This document shows positions 24,861 through 37,288 of a DNA stretch of 64,000 nt, piece after piece. The stretch's first letter is position 1; each line of letters begins with the position of its first letter. Origin of the DNA: Octopus bimaculoides (taxonomy: Eukaryota); assembly GCF_001194135.2 (NCBI RefSeq), contig NC_068988.1, forward strand, positions 55,201,706 to 55,265,705. Reading direction: 5' to 3'. Under the pieces are notes generated by a model, which saw nothing but the letters and a program-made list of their open reading frames with translations, was not told the DNA's origin and ran no database searches. The translations under genes and the position numbers were made by a program.

Positions 24861-27339
24861 TTAAATTTGCTGGGTGGGGAACAGGAAATTAGTTCTTTGA
24901 CTGCTTCATTTTTTTGACTATGACTGGATGAAAGGCAAAGTTGATTTTGGCAGGGTTTGAACTGGAGCAAATAGAGCAAGAAAATTTTGTCTTACACTCC
25001 AGTGATTCTGCTAATAATGGTAATTCTTTCTATTATAGGCACAAGGCCTGAAATTTTGGGGAAGAGTGCTGGTCAATTACATTGTCCCTGAAAGGATGAA
25101 AGATAGTCAGTCTTGGCAGAACTTGACGTCAGAGTGTGAAGACAGATAAAAATGTCACTATGCATTTTGTCTGATGTGCTAATGATTCTAATGGTTTCAA
25201 ATTTTGGTATGAGGCCAGCACTTTCAGGGGATGGAGCATAGTTGATTACATCAGTCCTAATGCTTGACTAGTATTTTATTTTATGGACCCTGAAAGGGTG
25301 AAAGGCAAAGTCATCCTTGGTGGAATTTGAACTCAGAATATCAAGAATCAGAAGAAATGCTACTAAGCATTTTTTGCGATGTGCTAATGATTCTGCCATT
25401 GTTTCTAACCTCAGCACATGACTTGAAATTTAGCAGACCTTAGAATAAAAAATCTTCCAACTGTGACCATCTGTCTTTTTTATTTTTGCATTTGCAATCT
25501 TTCTAGGACTGCATTATTTGACATGTTTCATAAGATGGGAAGGTATGGTTTTAGGGAAATTTGCTCGTTATTTCTTGTGGATCAGTTGAACTCTTGCTTG
25601 TTCCTTTGTTGGTTTGTCAGTCTGAAAGTTAACTCTGTTATAGCTTATAAATAACTTAGTCAAAACATTTATGCATATAAAGCTTAGCATCTTTCCTTTG
25701 TGTTTGGTATGGCTAACAATCTTAACTGCTGGGAAAATGTGATCTTGTCTTTTTGCTATTAAGTGTCAAGCTATATTTACTGTAGATTTTCTCCTCGTTA
25801 AATAATTGCCATTGTTGTTCACTGAAAGTGTTTGAACATCCAGAACTGGTGTTATACAACCAATCTGTTTGTGCTGCAAATCTTCTTGTTGTCACAATGA
25901 AACTGGAAGCATGACATTGTTCTATAGCATTTTGTTGGCTTAAACTGCTATTATTGGAGAAGTGATATCTTTGGAAACAGACCTATCCTTTTAGATTCAT
26001 TAAAGTCAACAATTAAAAGCTAGAGGTGTTTGTCGTACCTGCTACTATCTCCACTGTTGGACCTCGTAATAACAACAGTTGTAATTATATCATATTATTA
26101 TTGTTATTATTAGTAGTAGTCATAGTTGCAGCAGCAGCGACAGGCGCAGCGGTAAAAGCACCAGTATCACCACAAACAGCATCAACAATATATACAATGT
26201 ATTGAAAGAATATTTGATTCAAAAGCAAGTTTCTGTCAGCAGCAGCAGTAGTAGTAACAGCAGCAGTAATTGTTGTAGTGACTAATATTATCAATAGTGC
26301 TATAAATGGTGTTAAAGGCAGCAATCTCTGTTGTAGATTTAGTAGTATTAACATTAGTAGCAGTGTTTTTGAAATATTATGAAATATATAAAATATGTTT
26401 AGAGGTTCACTGCTTTGTTGTTGTAGTAGTAATAGTAGTAGTAGTAGTAGTAGTAGCAACAGCAACAGCAGCAGCAGGTATTACTGCTGTAATACTAATA
26501 TCATGGTGAGTCCCTGAACTTATTTAGTTATTGAAAGATCACTTCCAAACATTGTCTCCGTGTAGTGTATATCAAGTAAGGCGGTCTTGCAAAGCCCATT
26601 CCCTTTTATGTACTTTATTAATACCCATGGGAAGACAACTCTTACTGTTCACAACAAGCAGTGAAGAGCAGTTATTGGGTAGGATGTTTGTAGATGATGA
26701 TGTTTACTATATCTGTTTTATCATGGATGTATAAGATAAGGGATGATGAGATAAAAAAAATACAACACCTTTCATGTGTTACTTTGATATCTCAGCTGTA
26801 ACTCATCTAATGCTAGGAGTATTTTCAGTCACTAGATTATCCTAAGATGGTTTTGTGTATGGCTGGAATTTCGAAGCATTGTGAATCAGTACATAACACC
26901 CATGTGCCATTGTTTAATTGTAAACTCAATAATCTCATTGGCTTTTCCTTATGGCTGGAAAGCTTGCTTGATCAGGACTGCCTTAGTGCTAAACAAAAAA
27001 TATGCCCAACTGCTATGGTGTTAATTTCTCTAATCACATGTTTACGATTCCATTGTGAATTCTGTATCATGAAAGAATATTCCTAAAGGCTTTTGCTGTT
27101 CAGCAGACATTTAACTGCTAATGACAACTGCTTCTGCTCTTAGTTATGTTACCCACTTACTAGCAGTATCATGAAGTGAGTTGGATAAATGTTGAAGGTG
27201 GTAGTTATATAAAGCAAATAGATGACTCATCTACGTACTTTGATCTTAACATGGGGCCCCTCAATCACGGAGGGCCCCTGCGACCGCAGGGGTTGTAGGA
27301 GCTTAGCGATGGCCCTAACCTGGACTACTGGAGGCTTAA

Positions 27340-27840
27340 CTACTATTTCTGTCAAGAACCCTACCTCTGCACAAATATAAACAGCATGCAACAAGAACCT
27401 TGTCCATATCACTGGAGATTTTTCCTGACAAATGCACATCTTCAGAATAGTAAAACCTGGCCTTTCTCTTCAAAGCCCCAAAATATTTCAGCCCTAGCAA
27501 CTACTAACTTTCTACAAAGTAACATACAACATCTAGGAAGGTGCTAATGCTACTTACACATCCAAAGAAAGCCCAACCTACTGATTGGCATCAAGTTACT
27601 CACCAACACATTCTGACCTCTGATCCAAAGAGATCACATATCTTATCTCTGCCATTTTTCCTGCTATTGTAATGGCCTGCTCCTTGACACTTGTTAGTCT
27701 CACCCTACTTCCACTCAAACGCTTTCAGCTCCTCTGTCTTTCCCCTCCTTGTCCATATTGTGTCCACAAACCTAGCCCTCTACACTAATCAATATGAACT
27801 ACTGCTTCTCTGGAACGTTGACCTTCTGGAATTCACTCTC
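27340..27840 (+). mobile_element. Degenerate APE-type LINE ORF2 C-terminal fragment (CR1/L2/Jockey group; clade not resolved)
   Basis: Frameshifted pieces LAFLFKAPKYFSP, QLLTFYKV, I*EGANATYTS, and FSGTLTFWNSL near the 3' end. Confidence 0.6.
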
Positions 27841-28049
27841 TTTTACTCTTTTACTTGTTTCAGTCATTTGACTGTGGCCATGCTGGGGCACCGCCTTTTA
27901 GTCGAGCAAATCGACCCCAGGACTTATTCTTTGTAAGCCTAGTACTTATTCTATCGGTCTCATTTTGCCGAACCGGTAAGTTACGGGGACGTAAACACAC
28001 CAGCCTCGGTTGTCAAGCGAATTTGGGGGGGACAAACACAGACACACAA

Positions 28050-28145
<96 letters not shown>

Positions 28146-28300
28146 GACAGGCTTCTTTCAGTTTCCGTCTACCAAATCCACTCACAAGGCTTTGGTCGGC
28201 CCGAGGCTATAGTAGAAGTCACATGCCCAAGGTACCACACAGTGGGACTGAACCTAGAACCATGTGGTTGGTAAGCAAACTTCTTACCACACAGCCACTA
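27841..28300 (-). mobile_element. Well-preserved family C SINE with tail i and central (CA)n(TA)n
   Basis: CpG-retaining copy: head at 28145-28300, microsatellite 28054-28144, tail ending ...gactgaaacaagtaaaagagtaaaagag. Confidence 0.85.
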
Positions 28301-28541
28301 CACATTTTTTTTAGAATCTGACTTGTAGTTGTTAAGGAGAAACATTGATTCTGTAGATCTCCCAAGTCTTGCAGAGTCTGTAACAGCTATAGGCGTAAAC
28401 ACCTCTTGCAGACTAATGATTGTCAACCATTTTTTGTCTACAAATCCCCTTTGATTCCTATTTTACTCAGATGGAACCTCAGAACTTTCTGATTTTTTAT
28501 AAAAAAATATAGTTTTATAATTAAATATTAGGAACTGTATA

Positions 28542-28928
28542 TTGTTGTTGTTGATACTGTCACTTACGACGTCGAGGGTTCCAGTTGATCCGATCAACAG
28601 AACAGCCTGCTCGTGAAATTAACATACAAGTGGCTGAGCACTCCACAGACACGTGTACCCTTAACGTAGTTCTCGGGGATATTCAGTGTGACACAGTGTG
28701 ACAAGGCTGACCCTTTGAATTACAGGTACAACAGAAACAGGAAGTAAGAGTGAGAGAAAGTTGTGGTGAAAGAGTACAGCAGGGTTCGCCACCATCCCCT
28801 GCCAGAGCCTCGTGGAGATTTAGGTGTTTTCACTCAATAAACATTCACAACGCCCAGTCTGGGAATCGAAACCGCGATCCTGTGACCGCGAATCTGCTGC
28901 CCTAACCACTGGGCCATTGCGCCTCCAC
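28542..28928 (-). mobile_element. Full-length family A SINE (tail 2) with 13-bp TSD
   Basis: TSD taggaactgtata at 28529-28541 and 28929-28941; same head as 19275. Confidence 0.92.
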
Positions 28929-29661
28929 TAGGAACTGTATAAACAAATTGTTAAAATATTTTGTGCATTGTAGAATTATAACCAGTTTATTGCAGATGAA
29001 TTATAGCAACAGTCTTAAATGGACACCCAAAGATCATATGAGCCCTGATCGAAAACCAACTGCCCAAGAGGAAAAAACAAAAACAGGTCGAATGATTATG
29101 TAGAGACTCCTTTTTTGACTTCAATTACACTCTATTGTATTTTAGTGTAGAAGTTAAAAATAAGGGTAGGAGAAAGTATTAATAGCGTTATTAGAAAATC
29201 TAGCAATTTCTTTATCAAAAGGTTGTATTGGTTGCATAGAGATGGTTTTTATGATATCTAATTTTGTGGCCTCACAATTTTGGTTTCAAGCTGGGAGCTT
29301 AGCTGGAATGAACCTAACCATTAATTTCTATGTGATTGCTGAAACAATAGCTGTCTGATAAATCATATTTATTTCTGACTGCTTTGTTTTTTCATTCTTA
29401 ATTAGACTGAGAAGAAAATTTGTAATTTTCTCTCATTTAATTAAAAAAAATTTCTTTTTTTCCTTTTTGTTGCTTGCTTCTATTATTCAAACAATACTTC
29501 AATACCTTGTTGATATCTTCCTAACAGTTCTAATTAAATAAACAAACTTGAAATTACCCTTTTGGCTAAAGGTGAATTACAACTGGACATAGCTAATTGA
29601 TAATAATAATAATGATAATAATAATAGTAGTAGTAGTAATAATAATAGTGATGATAATAAT

Positions 29662-29937
29662 CAGGACCTAGCCATTGAGTTACAGAGACTATGGATAGTG
29701 CAGGTAAAATGTATTGCTGTAGTTATTGGTGCATTAGGAACTATCCTGAAAGATTTGAACAGATGGGTAGAAGAAATAGGCATAAAACCCAGTTTAGTAC
29801 AGCTCCAGAAAACAGTGTTATTAGGGACAGCTAGGATACTTAGGAAGGTTCTTGGCATCTAAGGTTACTTGTTGCCTGATGTTAGGAATTTTTCTTTTCC
29901 AATAGTCTAATCTGTTGAGTGTATATAAAATAATAAT
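29662..29937 (+). mobile_element. 5'-truncated R4/Dong-clade (restriction-like endonuclease) non-LTR retrotransposon 3' end, inside a (TAA)n tract
   Basis: Uninterrupted frame 29662-29862: QDLAIELQRLWIVQVKCIAVVIGALGTILKDLNRWVEEIGIKPSLVQLQKTVLLGTARILRKVLGI*. Short 3' UTR ending in aaataataat. Confidence 0.85.
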
Positions 29938-30398
29938 GGTTTCAAATTTTGCCACAAGGCCAGCAAGTTCGGGGGAGGGGGTAAGTTGTTTACATTGACC
30001 CCAGTGCTTGACTGATACTTATTTTATTGACCCTGAAAGGACAAACGGCGAAGTTGATTTCAGTGAAATTTGAACTCAGAACATAACAGATGAAATGCTC
30101 TTAAGCATTTTACACAGCATGCTAACAATTCTGCCACCTCAGCTCCTTTTTATTATTATTATTAATAATAACAATAATAATAATCCTTTCTATTATAGGT
30201 ACAAAGCCTGAAATTCGGGGTGAGGGGTTTAGTTGATTACATCGACCCCAATGTTTCAATGGTCCTTAATTTATCGACCCTGAAAGGATGAAAGGCAAAG
30301 TTGACCTTGGTGGAATTTGAACTCAGAACATAGCGGCTGATGAAATACTGCTAAGCATTTCACCCGGCATGCTAATGATTCTGCCAGCTCACTGCCTT

Positions 30399-30434
<36 letters not shown>

Positions 30435-32945
30435 AATAATATCATTGTATGTTCTTTTGTTCGCTATTTACAGACTAGTTATAAGACATTACTTATTCTA
30501 AATGCTCTTAGTAAGTTAACCTTTTAGGAGAACTAAATGACTACTTTACAAGACTGGCCTGTATCAACAAAAATTAGTTCAGTAAAATTATTTAAAAAAG
30601 TAAATTGCACTGTTCCTAAAAGGGGTCTTCTTTAGAAAAGGGCCTTTTTTCACTTCTCTTCTTTGACTAATGTAATCTGTTTTTTAAAATTTTATCTCTT
30701 CCACACTACATGGCTAGCTGGCAGCACAACGTAATAGCTACTATATATAACTATTCTAACTGTAAACACTTCTATAAATAAGTTAACCATTTGTATAACC
30801 TTTTTGCCTTGCGTATATAAACTGCAAGACCTGTTCAATGGGTTGAACTGTAAAGAAGGCTGCCAAGAGATATAAAGTATATAAAAATACAATTTTAGTG
30901 TGAAAATAAAATTGTAGTATTTCTGCTTATCCTTGACTGAAAAGAGCTTAATTTTATGTTTAATTAATGTTCTCTTTATGTCATCTGCTGGACTTAGTTA
31001 ATTTTACTGCAATAAATTATTGGAACATTTCAATATTGTCTGCTCTATTCTCTCAAGAGAATTCGGATTTAGATCTTAAACAGAGGTTGGTTGTGTGTAT
31101 GTGTGCGCGTGTGTGTGTACTCCTGACTGTCATCATCCTCGTCATATTTTAACATCCACTTTTCCTTGCTGGCATGCATCAGACAGAATTTGTTGAGGCA
31201 GATCTTCTACAACCAGATGCTCTTCCTCTCACTAACCCTTGGCTGTTTCCATACAAGTAATATTTCCCTGTAGCCAGGCATGTATTTTTTGGAAGGTTGG
31301 AAACAAATATCTCTTGTATGACAGTAATATTCATTTACAACCATCACATGATGTCTAGACATGGGTACACGTGCACATGCACACACACACGTTTCTTTCA
31401 GTTTCCATCTATCAGATTCACCCACAGGAATTTGTTTGGCCTGGGGCTAAAGTAGAAAACATTTGCCCATGGTATTATGCAGTAGGCCTGAACCCAAGAT
31501 TACATGGTTGGGAAGCAAACTTCTTAACCACACAGCCATACCTGTGTATGTACGTTGCATTATGTTGTATATATTACTGTATTACAAATGAAGATATCAG
31601 GTGTGGATCAGTTGTAGTGGGTCTTCTAAATATGATCGTGTGTGTGTGTATGCACACGCATTGCACATGTGTAACATTGTACCTTGCAAAATAGGCTGAA
31701 AGCATATTAATTGAATAAATAACAATGTAACAAATATTGGTTTGTGTATGAATGAGATGTGACTGCACTATCACAAATATTTATTTATGTATGACACAGA
31801 TTAAGTAGATCATGAAATATTTTGAAATACCAGAATGTTGTGGACTTCTGCATGAAATAGATAATTGAAGAGTTGTTGTGTAAGAAAACTGAACCAGTTA
31901 TTTTATTTGGAAAAAACCAAAAAACCCCAAAGAAACTTATGGTCTTGATAATAATGGTAATGCTTTCATCATCATCATCATCATCATCATTAAGAGATCT
32001 GTGACTGGTTAGGAAATGATGCCAGCCGTTCAAGATGTGTGTGAAATAACATCAATACCATTATTAACAGGCTTCTAGAGATCAGTAGAAATGTCTTGAC
32101 CTTTATTTTAATAATACCCACAAAGGTCAATTTCAGTGTGGCTGCCAGTCACTGAGTGTCGTTGGAGCAGTTTTTAGTTATCTATGGGATCGGAGGTGGG
32201 TGCATCAAATGTTAAATATTAAGGTTCACACTAAGTTTCTAATGTATTTGTGTTTCATTTTTGATGTGATTGATGTACAAGTGAGTATCAATGCATCAAA
32301 TTATGTTTGGTGGTGGTGATGGTGGTGGTGGTTTGGGTTGAAAAGAAAAGAGTGATGGCGGCGGTGGTGGTGTTGATGATGGAAAAAGAATATTTAAAAC
32401 TTAAGGGGATTAATAGCGTTTCCCATCTCCATGGACACATAATCATCAATTAATATTTCAATAGATGGACAAAGACAGGAAAGGGCATCTCACTAAATGT
32501 TGAAGTGTGTTATCATTTATTACTACTTGGTGGTGGTGGTGGTGGTGGAGGTGAAGGAGTGTGGTTGGTCTTGTGCCAATGTTAGAAATCCTTAATACTT
32601 GATGGTGGTGGAGTGTGGTGGAGTGAGGTGAAAGGATTTTTTTTTTTTTCAGGGATGTGAAAGAGAAATGACACTTTGAGGAATAAAAGTGGAGGCTTAA
32701 TATGTATGTGATAAGAGAATGAATGAAAAGAAGCAGTGTGGTTTGAAAATAGGTTGGGTATTTGACAGCTAGATGATGGTAGTGGTAGTGGTGGTGGTGG
32801 CAGCAGCAGCAGCTTTATGTTGGGTTTTGGCAGATAAAGATGTAAACAGGCTGGCTTGTCTTGTAGAACTGAGTCATTGTTTAGACTGACTTAATGTTTC
32901 TGCAAAGAACCTAAGATGCATCTAATGAGATGTTTTATTGTTGAT

Positions 32946-32987
<42 letters not shown>

Positions 32988-33171
32988 CGTGTGTGTATAT
33001 GTATACATTCCATGTGTACACATGCTCTACATATCTGTATCTGTCAGTCTGTCAATGTTCGCATAAATACACACTCTACATGCACACACACATGCATGTA
33101 CACACACACACACACACACACACACTTTCTATCTATATGTACATTGTACCCATTCCTCACTCACACATACA

Positions 33172-33209
<38 letters not shown>

Positions 33210-34590
33210 CTGAAATAGAGAAATAGTCTACAGTCTACATGCACGTATATACAGACAGTCTACATGGAGATGCGTGCATAGTTTATAAGCAAGTAGACCT
33301 TCAGCTACACAGGCAAATGTCCTACGCAAATACTTGTAACAAGCAAATGTGCCACATATGTTATGCACAAACAGCAGTATTGCACGAACCAAACAAACAC
33401 GTACAAAGATATTAAACCTATGCACACATACTACATATTTTCAGTCACACATCAGATGCATATATATAATTATAGTTTTACTCTATTTATAGTCACATTT
33501 TAATATGATGGTATGGGAGACTCTGTATTGGGTGTGCAAAACTGTACCTCTCCAACTTATTCTCTTATTTTCTCTCTGATAGATTTGTTGATTGTGTTTG
33601 GTTCCTAAAATAGAATGTCACCAACTCTCAATATAGCATGTTAAAAGATAGGAATGTTTGCCAATAATATTTGAGTCTTCAGGTCACAATGTGTATTATA
33701 TGTATGTTTTGCAGCCTGAACTATTTTTTTTTTTTTCATGTATTTATGAAATATATCTAAGCCTCATCCATCACAAGAGAGAAGAAATATGATGTTAGTG
33801 TATTTTGTCAAGGACATTAGCTTTGTAAATGTAATGACATGACTATCCAGGAAATGAGAATAGTTTACATACATAGCTTGTTGAAGTTTACATTTATCCT
33901 GTAACAAAATATAACTAATTTCTTTCTAATATTAAAATGTTACTGTCACTTCAAGATTGATGTATTAGAAATATAAAATAAAAGTAGTCTAAAGAAGTGG
34001 GCTAGTACTCATAAGCCTTTGGAGGCCTTCTCTGATAGGTAAGATTATTAAAGTTGGTTTTTAGTTTATGCATTTGTGGGTTGATGCTGGGGAAAGAAAT
34101 CTGAGTAGGAAAAACATTCGAAAGAGTCCAGTTGTGGGAAAGAATAGCAAGGAGCTAGGTACGACAGACAGGTTGAGTCAGGAAAGCAGGTGCATATCTT
34201 GGCTTGTTCAGTGGGTCAGAAACCATTGTACAAAAAGGACACATGTAGATGAGTTTGTTGTTTAACTCAGGTCAGCTCTGAGCAAGCAGATCTATGATTA
34301 AAAGCATTCTAGCTGTAACCACTCTTTCTTATTTTCAGATTTAGTGCGTCTAGGTCTATATTATTCAATGTGTCCTATCCCTTTTGAGAGGATAAGGCTC
34401 AATTTGGAGGAAATTTAGCTATTTCAGGTAGGTCAGGTGACTGTGTGTTTGCTCCCCTATTGGGTGAGTAAAGGTTTGCCTGTCAGATAGCTTTGGGTGG
34501 AGTGTGACATAGTGTGTTAGTGGGGGTAGCAGATGTTCTGTATCACCCGTGAATGGTACTCTTGCTTAGTTTGGATCATACAATATAGCC

Positions 34591-34662
34591 ACCTTATGCC
34601 TCATGAGCTACCTTATGCCTCATGAGCTACCTTATGCCTCATGAGCTACCTTATGCCTCATG
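34591..34662. repeat. 19-bp tandem repeat accttatgcctcatgagct, 3.8 perfect copies
   Basis: Units at 34591, 34610, 34629 and 34648 (partial). Confidence 0.95.
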
Positions 34663-35748
34663 CACTTATTAATTTTTAGAAGGCATCCAACTTTATCCGA
34701 CTATTATACAAGTAAGATCAATGTTTATGGATTTACAGGAAATTAAACCAACCGATGTTTGTTATAATATAGAGTGATGAAAAAAATAATTAGAGCTGAA
34801 TAAAGATTGTTGGACGACAGTGGTTTGATGGGAGTTCAGTGTTGAGAGGTTCATAGTAATGCTATGGTAATAGAAACAGAGCTTTAGCCAGATAGAAGTA
34901 GTATTGCCATGAGTTCAGAATAAAGGATGAGAATTGGTTTATGGACATTGGGTAGTAAGAGGTAATTGGAATAGAGTTATATTAACATTTGATGATAGCA
35001 CCGTATTTGATAACATAGATGCCGTCATATTAGAGGAATTCCAGTTTTAGTATTGCATATTTAGGAAAGAAAGTTTTTAGTGCATAAAAGCTTATGAAAA
35101 GCCCAGCTTCACATATAGGACCTGTGTTTTTTTTTGTTTTTTTTTTGGTGCATTTTATATACCATCCAATACTGTATATAGTGATTGAAGTAGTTGTAGT
35201 AGAGCTTATATGGGACAAGCATATGAAGATAGTGGATTGTTTTCATGTCAGAAGTTATCTACTAGAGCATGAATGTATATTGTTAACTAATGTCAGCATT
35301 GGTCATGGTGTAGGTGGGGGCTCGAATATAAGTCGGTAGAAGAAGCAATTATGAAAGCAGTTTCAGAGACAGAATTTTACACCCACCTATATTTCCTGAG
35401 TGAAGGTGGATTGCCTTAGTGATCAGTGTGTTGCACTTATCACAAGATTGTGATCTCAATTCCTAGATCAGATGGTGCATTGTGTTCTTAAAGCATTTAA
35501 TTTCACATTGCTTGTCTGTAAGTGAGAAACCTTGCTATGGAATGGAATCCAGTTCAGTGGGCATGTTGTGATCTTGGTCATTTACATGCAATGGAAACTG
35601 GGTATCCAGTTCGATGAGTTCCAAGACTGATGACAGTAATACCATATTTTCTAGTTGCAAGAACACAATTCAATTCATTTTATTGTTATTGTTTGTCTGT
35701 AAGTACATGTATGATGAAAACCTTTAAGCCTCCAAGATTTTGCTATGA

Positions 35749-35970
<222 letters not shown>

Positions 35971-37017
35971 TAATTGTAAATTGTTTGTTGTTCCAGCTAC
36001 GAACAGTCACTTTGTTGTTGTCTGAAAAATTTATGAAATACTTTAAATAATGAAGCATGTATAGTTGAGAGCCATTAGTCTATTAAAAACGAAGAGATGA
36101 AAGTCAAATATCTTAATCTTATTGCGTTCTATTTTAGACAGAAAAAGCATCTGGACTGACTTTTCAGTGTTTATGCTACTTTTATCACTGGGATTATGAT
36201 GATAACATGATATAAATGAAACACATGAAATGAATAGAAAATTACACAAATAATTGAAGACATATAATTAATAAAAAAAAAGAAAAAAGAAAAGAGCACA
36301 AAAACCATTTAGTGTAATCCTCTGATATCAATTTGCCACAAGGATGATAGGGATATTACTTGGACAAATTGCAGAAATAATGTGTGAGGGGTATGTGGGA
36401 TTGTGATGACGATAATAATAGTCCTCTTTTTTCTATAGGCACAAGGCCTGAAATTTAGAGGTAATCAAATATATTGGCCTCTGTGCTCAACTGGTACTTA
36501 TTTAATCAACTCTGAAAGGATGAAAGGCTAAGTTGACCTCTGCTGAATTTGATCTCAGAATGTAAAGATGGACGAAATGCCACTGAGCATTTTGTCCAGC
36601 ATGCTAATGATTTTGCTAGCTCACCACCTTTATAAGGATGAGCCTTTTAGGTAAAACTGAAGTGGAAAGTTTTAATGTTCTTTCCTTTGTCAGGTCCTTG
36701 ATAGCTATTGAGTGTAATTAGTTTAGAGAGCCTAGTAGATATCAAAATGAGATTTTGGAATTGATTCGCTAAGAATTTCAACTGCATAATGGTGCCTATC
36801 AGTCATGAAAAGTAGAGCTATTATGTTTTCTAGCAACACTGCAAACTTTGGTGAAGGACTTTGCAGACAATTTAATTGAACCTAGTATTTAACAGATACT
36901 TACTTTATCAACCCATAATGATGGAAGGCAGTGATTTGAACTACTAACTTTAGTGTGATTTGAACTACAAACACAAAAGGATATAATTAAACATCACAAA
37001 GTATTTTACCTGGCAGT

Positions 37018-37288
37018 CGTTTAACGCCTGCTTTCCATGCTAGCATGGGTTGGACGATTTGACTGAGGACTGGTGAAACCAGATGGCTACACCAGGCTCC
37101 AATCTGATTTGGCAGAGTTTCTACAGCTGGATGCCCTTCCTAACGCCAACCACTACGAGAGTGTAGTGGGTGCTTTTACGTGCCACCAGCATGAAGGCCA
37201 GTCAGGCGGTACTGGCAACGGCCACGCTCAAAATGGTGTATTTTACGTGCCACCTGCACAGGAGCCAGTTCGGCGGCACTGGCAACGA
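37018..37288 (-). mobile_element. RTE-related 3' UTR fragment, inverted relative to 16845-17205
   Basis: Reverse complement of the same sequence; the ORF track shows matching spurious peptides (…ASQAVLATATLKMVYF). Confidence 0.8.

Noticed and set aside
26085-26465. 126-aa minus-strand ORF with poly-Leu/Thr/Ala/Asn
   Set aside because: Trinucleotide-repeat translation with no domain.
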